Shown piece by piece: positions 59,055 to 64,000 of a DNA stretch of 64,000 bases. The stretch is taken from the IMG/VR virus record IMGVR_UViG_2558860454_000004; one strand, written 5' to 3'. The stretch is from a virus. Position 1 is the stretch's first letter, and the number at the start of each line of letters is the position of its first letter. The notes below the pieces were generated by a model, which was given only the letters and a program-made list of their open reading frames with translations, made no database searches and was not told where the DNA came from. The position numbers and the translations under genes were made by a program.

Positions 59055-59459
59055 TTAACTTCCTGATGTTGTTTCGATAGTCACGTTAGCCGAACCATCA
59101 AAGGACGCTGAACCTGTGACCGCTCCGGTTAGTGTGATAGTGCGGGCAGTAGATAACTTATCCGCCGTCTCTGCATTAGCTACTGAACCGCTTGCAGAAG
59201 TGTAGTTAGCTTCAAATGCTGTCTTGCTCATATAGAGCAGCTCGCCGTACTGGCTCCGGAACAGATATCCGCCAACCTCCGGCTTGAATACGGCTACTGT
59301 TTGCGCTGACATGTACTGGTCAGCATACGGGCCGTCGAATTCTGCGTTTGCACTTCCGTCATTAGCGTATTTGATAGCTTTAATCGGAAGCGCAGACACA
59401 TATACACCGTCAGCATCTTTGTATAGAGGCCATGATGGCGTGAAGTTTGGGTTTGCCAT
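59055..59459 (-). CDS. dec: Capsid decoration protein Dec (phage L type)
   Basis: 134 aa, MANPNFTPSWPLYKDADGVYVSALPIK. Confidence 0.9.
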   Translation of the reverse strand: MANPNFTPSWPLYKDADGVYVSALPIKAIKYANDGSANAEFDGPYADQYMSAQTVAVFKPEVGGYLFRSQYGELLYMSKTAFEANYTSASGSVANAETADKLSTARTITLTGAVTGSASFDGSANVTIETTSGS

Positions 59460-59848
59460 TACTTGGCTCCTTCTTTTTCTGGTTCATGAAAGAACGGCAG
59501 GAAGTGACTGAACATTCTGTCAAGCATGTAGCAGTAGGTTTCGTTTGCGTCGCCAGGATAAGTGGTTACACCAACATCTCGGCAGACATAAAATGCAACG
59601 TGAGCGCATTCATGAACCAATGTGGCCGCCTCACCATTGAATACACCAAGCAGGTAAAGATTCTCGCCTGTTTCGGTATTGCAATATGACTGTGTTGCCC
59701 CCGCCAGCATCTCATTCCCGCCGCTACCAACTCCAAGATGAATGCAAGCCTGATCCCACTCTTCCTTTGAACGACACAGGTAGACATTGGCGCTATGGAA
59801 CAATGGCACGAAGAACCGGGGAAGTTTAGGCCACTTCGTCTTTGCCAT
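59459..59848 (-). CDS. Hypothetical protein with HExxH motif
   Basis: 129 aa, LVHECAHV...ANETYCY. Confidence 0.75.
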   Translation of the reverse strand: MAKTKWPKLPRFFVPLFHSANVYLCRSKEEWDQACIHLGVGSGGNEMLAGATQSYCNTETGENLYLLGVFNGEAATLVHECAHVAFYVCRDVGVTTYPGDANETYCYMLDRMFSHFLPFFHEPEKEGAK

Positions 59849-59851
59849 TCG

Positions 59852-60094
59852 TTATGCTCCGGCAGTGAACAGGTCTAACGCTTCTTTTGCCTCACGAATA
59901 GCCTTTTCTGCGCGAGCTAATGCCGTTCCTTCACCCTGCGCCAAAACCAGTTGGTCTTTGAACAGTTCGAAGTTCAGCTTACTTCCAGCAACGAATGCGA
60001 TCGCTTTCTCTGCTGCTGCGGTATCGCTTTGAACTAAACGGAGGATATCGAGGTTCATCTGCTGTAATTCTGTCAATGCTGTAATCTCTGCCAT
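59852..60094 (-). CDS. P22 orf80-like protein
   Basis: 80 aa from MAEITAL. Confidence 0.75.
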   Translation of the reverse strand: MAEITALTELQQMNLDILRLVQSDTAAAEKAIAFVAGSKLNFELFKDQLVLAQGEGTALARAEKAIREAKEALDLFTAGA

Positions 60095-60316
60095 TGTGTT
60101 GGCTCCGGTTGTTGGGATAAGCCATTGTCTAGACCACTCATTGAATGGCCTCTGCAATAACCGATGTCTTTCCATCAGTCCGCCACCACAAAGAATCTTT
60201 TTTGCCATAAGGCTGGAGGTTCATCTTTCAGTGGCTGCCAGTGTTATTTCCCCACTTACTGGCTTGGGTTGTTTCGCGGTACTGCCGTAATGTACAAACT
60301 GGATTAACCAGCAGAA

Positions 60317-60847
60317 TCACACCATTCCGGGCAAATACATTTGCACTTCATTTGCTGCTCTCTCACGTGCAACATGAAGCAATCTTGTTCGCCCACCAAC
60401 GCCCCACTTAGCCATTTGACTTGCACACTGGCTTATCGCTTTGGTTTCAGTGCTGATGATGTGGTCAATTTTGTTCAGGCGAGACATGGCACCAACGCCG
60501 AGACGGACAATCGTTTTAAAAACTTCATAAACCTCGATTTCAAATTCCGGCTTAATCCATGCTGCATATCTGATTGCCAGTAGTTCAACGCCCCACACAC
60601 CAGGTTCGGTACCACCTTTAATGATTTTAAGTGGTTGAATTTGTTTCAAAGTGCTTTTTTGCACTTTGGCCTCTAGTGCTTTTATGAAGCGTTTTATCTG
60701 CGCGCTACACAAAAACTTGCTTGGGCGCTGTTGCTCTGTAGCCTCTCCATTTGCAACTGCTGCTGCATGGAGATCGTTTAAGTTGTAGCGTCCGTCCTCA
60801 TCAACACGAACGGACACACCATTGACCATAACTGTTGGGTACTTCAT
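60317..60847 (-). CDS. KilA-N domain protein
   Basis: YNLNDLHAAA...GG...GVW...LAIRYAAWI.PEFEI. Confidence 0.85.
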   Translation of the reverse strand: MKYPTVMVNGVSVRVDEDGRYNLNDLHAAAVANGEATEQQRPSKFLCSAQIKRFIKALEAKVQKSTLKQIQPLKIIKGGTEPGVWGVELLAIRYAAWIKPEFEIEVYEVFKTIVRLGVGAMSRLNKIDHIISTETKAISQCASQMAKWGVGGRTRLLHVARERAANEVQMYLPGMV

Positions 60848-61059
60848 CAGTGATCACCTTTAAGTGATGAACCTTGTCACACAGGATTCCGGCCCACAGA
60901 AAGGTACCGATCACCAAACCGGCATCCTCAAGGGTCATCCTGAAAGGTTCTGTGTTCAGAAGTCGCGCGTGTGAAGCGCATTTACTGCGGATACAAAAAA
61001 GCCCGGCATTACGAGGCATTTTCATGAAAGTCACTTGTCAAATTTCTATGTGATGGAAA

Positions 61060-61527
61060 TTATTTCAGGCATTGCGTCCTGATGTACTCCTGAAGCGTTC
61101 TCAGTGCTGCTTGGTCGCTGATGATTCCGTCCCGGATACCGAGAACGTTTCGTCCAGCAACTGGAGAGAGTTCGACGGTGGCATCATTGCCCATGCCGGA
61201 GGCGCTGGAGGTTTCGGCTGAGGATGACACAGGGCATTTTCCTTTGACGAGCACCCGACCACCATTATCAAGCTTGCGCCGAAGAGCATCATTCTCAGCT
61301 TTCGCATCAGCAAGCTCCTTTGTGTATCTGGCGTCAAGTTCTGCTACATCACGCTGGCGCGTTTGCATATCGGTAATTGTCGCGTTCGCCAGCGCCAGCT
61401 TTTGAGTAACAGTGTCGCGCTGGACTTTGTAGGTGATGGCGTTATCACGATAATGATTAACAGCCCATGACAGGCAGACGATGATGCAGATAACCAGAGC
61501 GGAGATAATCGAGGTTAATCTGCTCAT
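61060..61527 (-). CDS. rz: Rz spanin
   Basis: N-terminal TM helix, [13 protein letters not shown] motif. Confidence 0.9.
   Translation of the reverse strand: MSRLTSIISALVICIIVCLSWAVNHYRDNAITYKVQRDTVTQKLALANATITDMQTRQRDVAELDARYTKELADAKAENDALRRKLDNGGRVLVKGKCPVSSSAETSSASGMGNDATVELSPVAGRNVLGIRDGIISDQAALRTLQEYIRTQCLK
61101..61307 (-). CDS. rz1: Rz1 spanin lipoprotein (embedded)
   Basis: Lipobox VVGC, proline-rich PPAPPAWAM. Confidence 0.85.
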   Translation of the reverse strand: MRKLRMMLFGASLIMVVGCSSKENALCHPQPKPPAPPAWAMMPPSNSLQLLDETFSVSGTESSATKQH

Positions 61528-62027
61528 TGCTTACCCCACAAACAGACATCACGCTCAACCTCACGACGAGTCATCAGGCCTTTCCATTGCTTACCGCCAG
61601 CGTATGTCCAGCGACGTAGCTGATCACATGCACCTTTGATATCACCCTGATTGATTTTGCGAAGAAGCGTCGATGTTCTGAAATTGCCTGCGCCCACATT
61701 GTAAACGAACGAGTAAAGAGCGCCGCGCGTTGTTTCCGGTATATCTACTTTGATGTACGGGTTAATTTGTCTGGCGACAGTGATAAGGTCTTTATTCAGG
61801 AGGGCTTTGCATTCTGCTTCGGTATACGTTTTACCAGGCATGATGTCTTTTCCGGTGTGGCCATAACACACAGTCAACACACCGACTACGTCCTTATATG
61901 GTTTGTATCTGACACCTTCCAGACCATCGTTACCACCGGGGCCAGTGATTAACACAGATGCTATAGCAATAGCCCCGCCACTTATCGCCGCCATTACGCT
62001 ATTTCGTAGTGCCGGTGACATTGCCAT
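61524..62027 (-). CDS. SAR endolysin (GH24 lysozyme)
   Basis: Gly/Ala-rich N-terminal SAR helix, E-8-D-5-T triad (LEG...[15 protein letters not shown]). Confidence 0.9.
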   Translation of the reverse strand: MAMSPALRNSVMAAISGGAIAIASVLITGPGGNDGLEGVRYKPYKDVVGVLTVCYGHTGKDIMPGKTYTEAECKALLNKDLITVARQINPYIKVDIPETTRGALYSFVYNVGAGNFRTSTLLRKINQGDIKGACDQLRRWTYAGGKQWKGLMTRREVERDVCLWGKQ

Positions 62028-62202
62028 TCAATCTGTCCTCACGCTCTTTGCGTTTGTAGTACCAGTTGATGCCAAATGTGCCGACAGTACAAAGAATACC
62101 AATGATGACAGCCCAGTCATTCAGGGAGAGAATGCCACCCATCGCAGTCAGTCCTCCGAAGCTGTAACTGAACCATTCTCTGATTTTGTCCATACGGTAC
62201 AT
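61999..62202 (-). CDS. Pinholin with dual-start motif
   Basis: 67 aa, Met-Tyr-Arg-Met start, two TM segments, basic tail; CCCC..GGGG hairpin over the SD. Confidence 0.8.
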   Translation of the reverse strand: MYRMDKIREWFSYSFGGLTAMGGILSLNDWAVIIGILCTVGTFGINWYYKRKEREDRLNGNVTGTTK

Positions 62203-62503
62203 GCTCTACCCCTTCATTGAGGGGATTTGCTCTATTTAATTAGGAATAAGGTCGATTACTGATAGAACAAATCCAGGCTACTGTGTTTAGTAATCAGATT
62301 TGTTCGTGACCGATATGCACGGGCAAAACGGCAGGAGGTTGTTAGCGCAACCTCTTGCCCCCATCCTCACGAAGCCCAGCCATAGTGCTGGGTTTTCTTT
62401 TGTGTAAAACGCCCTACCCAGTCGCCACGAATGAGCAAGGGTATCTGGATATGTTCTGGTGATTGGTGATAGGGCGCTTTCAGAAATGTCGTTCTTAAAA
62501 CGC

Positions 62504-62530
62504 AAAAAGCCCCGCATCATTGCAGGGCCT
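62504..62530 (-). terminator. tR' late terminator
   Basis: GGCCCTGC...GCGGGGC followed by TTTTT on minus strand. Confidence 0.7.
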
Positions 62531-62578
62531 TTTTTTTAAATCCACCTTAACAAAGCACGGATTTCTACTGTTAGGGTT

Positions 62579-62607
62579 ATGATATTCTACTTTTCGTCAT
62601 TTTGCAA
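62579..62607 (-). promoter_or_regulatory. Late promoter pR'
   Basis: TTGCAA-17 bp-TATCAT on minus strand, just 3' of Q. Confidence 0.65.
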
Positions 62608-62632
62608 GATACAATCGTTATCGGAATAAAAC

Positions 62633-63406
62633 TTAGCTGGTAACTTTCGATAAAACTACATTTGCAGCAGACTCCTCCATTTCAACCTTGCTAATTAATG
62701 ACTCATAGAATGGCTTAATAGCCTTATCCCATACGCCTGGTGAAATTGCAGCGGTGAACTGACATATCGCACGAAAGCATGAGGCCGCAGGTATGCGCTC
62801 ATACCCACGCCCTGAGCACTGCTTGCAGGATGAATAAACTGGAGCGCCCTGTAGTTCTGATTTCTTCCTGTCCAGCGCTACGCCACGCCCACGGCATTTA
62901 ACGCAAGATGTAGATACAACACCTGCACCATTGCATTTAGTGCATAGTGATTCCGTTACCTCCACAGCCGTCTTTGCAGGAGTTTTCTCTCCACACCCAG
63001 GATGTTTAACGATCCGCTTCTTATTCCTTAATACTCCGCGCCCCTTGCAGCACGAACACATGACATTACTAGCTGCCGACCGGCAGTAATCCTGATACGC
63101 GAAAGTTGCGAGCGTTTGCACTACTTTCCCTTTAACATTGGTATCAAGTTTGCGTAAGGCAGCCACCTTGTCGCAATGCTTCATCCCATGCTGTACCAGT
63201 AACTGAATTGCCTTACGCTTATCGTTGTCGCTCAGGTTCATCTTGCCGCTGAAAGCACTGAACCCGAGCGGAGCGCGACTTTGCGCCATACCAAATGCTG
63301 CCATCACATCGGTATTAGTCAGTGAGTCTGATGCCGTTGCTCTCGGTGAATCTGATAGTTGAGGAGACTTCGGAGAGTGGAATTTCACAGTGTTTTCCAA
63401 ATTCAT
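62633..63406 (-). CDS. Q: Late antiterminator Q (Cys-rich type, in the gene 23 position)
   Basis: 257 aa with four CxxC motifs; between nin genes and lysis cassette. Confidence 0.85.
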   Translation of the reverse strand: MNLENTVKFHSPKSPQLSDSPRATASDSLTNTDVMAAFGMAQSRAPLGFSAFSGKMNLSDNDKRKAIQLLVQHGMKHCDKVAALRKLDTNVKGKVVQTLATFAYQDYCRSAASNVMCSCCKGRGVLRNKKRIVKHPGCGEKTPAKTAVEVTESLCTKCNGAGVVSTSCVKCRGRGVALDRKKSELQGAPVYSSCKQCSGRGYERIPAASCFRAICQFTAAISPGVWDKAIKPFYESLISKVEMEESAANVVLSKVTS

Positions 63407-63582
63407 GCAGCATCGCCTCCCGATGTCTTGTTCAATCCAAGCCGGTTCACCAGTTCACGCTCTCGCTCATGCAGATAATCCATCGCCTTCTGGTGTTGCT
63501 CCGTCATCTCTCTGACGCTGCGCAATTCAGCTTCGTCACGTTCACACTGCTGTTTCGCCTGGTTAATGCTGGTTACGGTCAT
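63403..63582 (-). CDS. NinZ-like protein (absent from ORF track)
   Basis: Hand translation: 59 aa MTVTSINQAKQQCERDEAELR...GGDAA*, TGA overlaps Q ATG. Confidence 0.7.
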   Translation of the reverse strand: MTVTSINQAKQQCERDEAELRSVREMTEQHQKAMDYLHERERELVNRLGLNKTSGGDAA

Positions 63583-63766
63583 AGATACCTCTCCCGCCCT
63601 GATGAATCATTAAAACGCCGTTAACGATGGCGTGATACCTGGCTTCTTTGTCGTACAGATAACGCCTGACTGTGTTTCGATGGCACGACAATCGCCTGGC
63701 TACTTCTGTCTGGTTTCCGTATGTCTCAATGAGCATGTCTGGAATGGTTTTGATAGTGTGTGTCAT
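63563..63766 (-). CDS. ninH: NinH
   Basis: TIPDMLIETYGNQTEVARRL...HAIVNGVLM. Confidence 0.88.
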   Translation of the reverse strand: MTHTIKTIPDMLIETYGNQTEVARRLSCHRNTVRRYLYDKEARYHAIVNGVLMIHQGGRGIYDRNQH

Positions 63767-63987
63767 GCGGCCTCCCGGATAACCTGCTCATGGCTCAGAT
63801 ATTGACCCCAGCAACTGACCAACAATCTCGCTTTCACAACGGCTTTCTCTTCGTTGCGCCACCTGCAGAACCAGTTAACAGCGCCTTCCATTTCTTGCCT
63901 GACCTTGCCGGCATTGTCGAAATGCAGCGGATAGACAACATCATCGAAAATTGCCGCAGTGGTCATTGGGTATTGGATTTTGCTCAT
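63763..63987 (-). CDS. NinY-like protein
   Basis: 74 aa directly upstream of ninH, ATGA overlap. Confidence 0.65.
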   Translation of the reverse strand: MSKIQYPMTTAAIFDDVVYPLHFDNAGKVRQEMEGAVNWFCRWRNEEKAVVKARLLVSCWGQYLSHEQVIREAA

Positions 63988-64000
63988 GCTGCCTCTCTTC

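Noticed and set aside
62203-62632. Phage tRNA cluster or toxin moron between Q and holin
   Set aside because: No cloverleaf/CCA or ORF found; only promoter, terminator and lambda-like leader hairpins

Overview
The window is entirely prophage DNA and shows two different prophages in tandem, most likely in Salmonella enterica (P22-type tailspike and gtrABC). They are joined at a 46-bp copy of the 3' end of tRNA-Thr thrW, the P22 att core (38983-39028). The left prophage (<1-39028) has a P4-family integrase, an AlpA excisionase and a 434-like cI/cro switch. Its replication module is APSE-type: PolA, DUF2800, DUF2815 SSB, VRR-NUC, SNF2 and primase-helicase, with a dyad-symmetric iteron origin. 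It also has Q, a two-holin/GH19/Rz-Rz1 lysis cassette and contractile-tail morphogenesis genes that run off the left edge. The right prophage (38983->64000) is the late half of a P22-like podovirus: nin genes, Q, pinholin/SAR lysis, dec, terminase with pac, portal to ejection proteins, mnt without arc/ant, tailspike and Dam/OxyR-type gtrABC. The main items for follow-up are (1) an AT-rich standalone Sir2 gene inserted into the replication operon, (2) a near-consensus XerCD dif-like site in the late leader, (3) a compact beta-clamp homologue that keeps the partner-binding cleft motifs, (4) colinear Rz homology whose crossover would excise a 42.6-kb hybrid of about one P22 headful, (5) an Mnt/operator pair with apparently altered specificity, and (6) several orphan cargo genes. 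All family assignments come from motif recognition by eye; no database searches were run.
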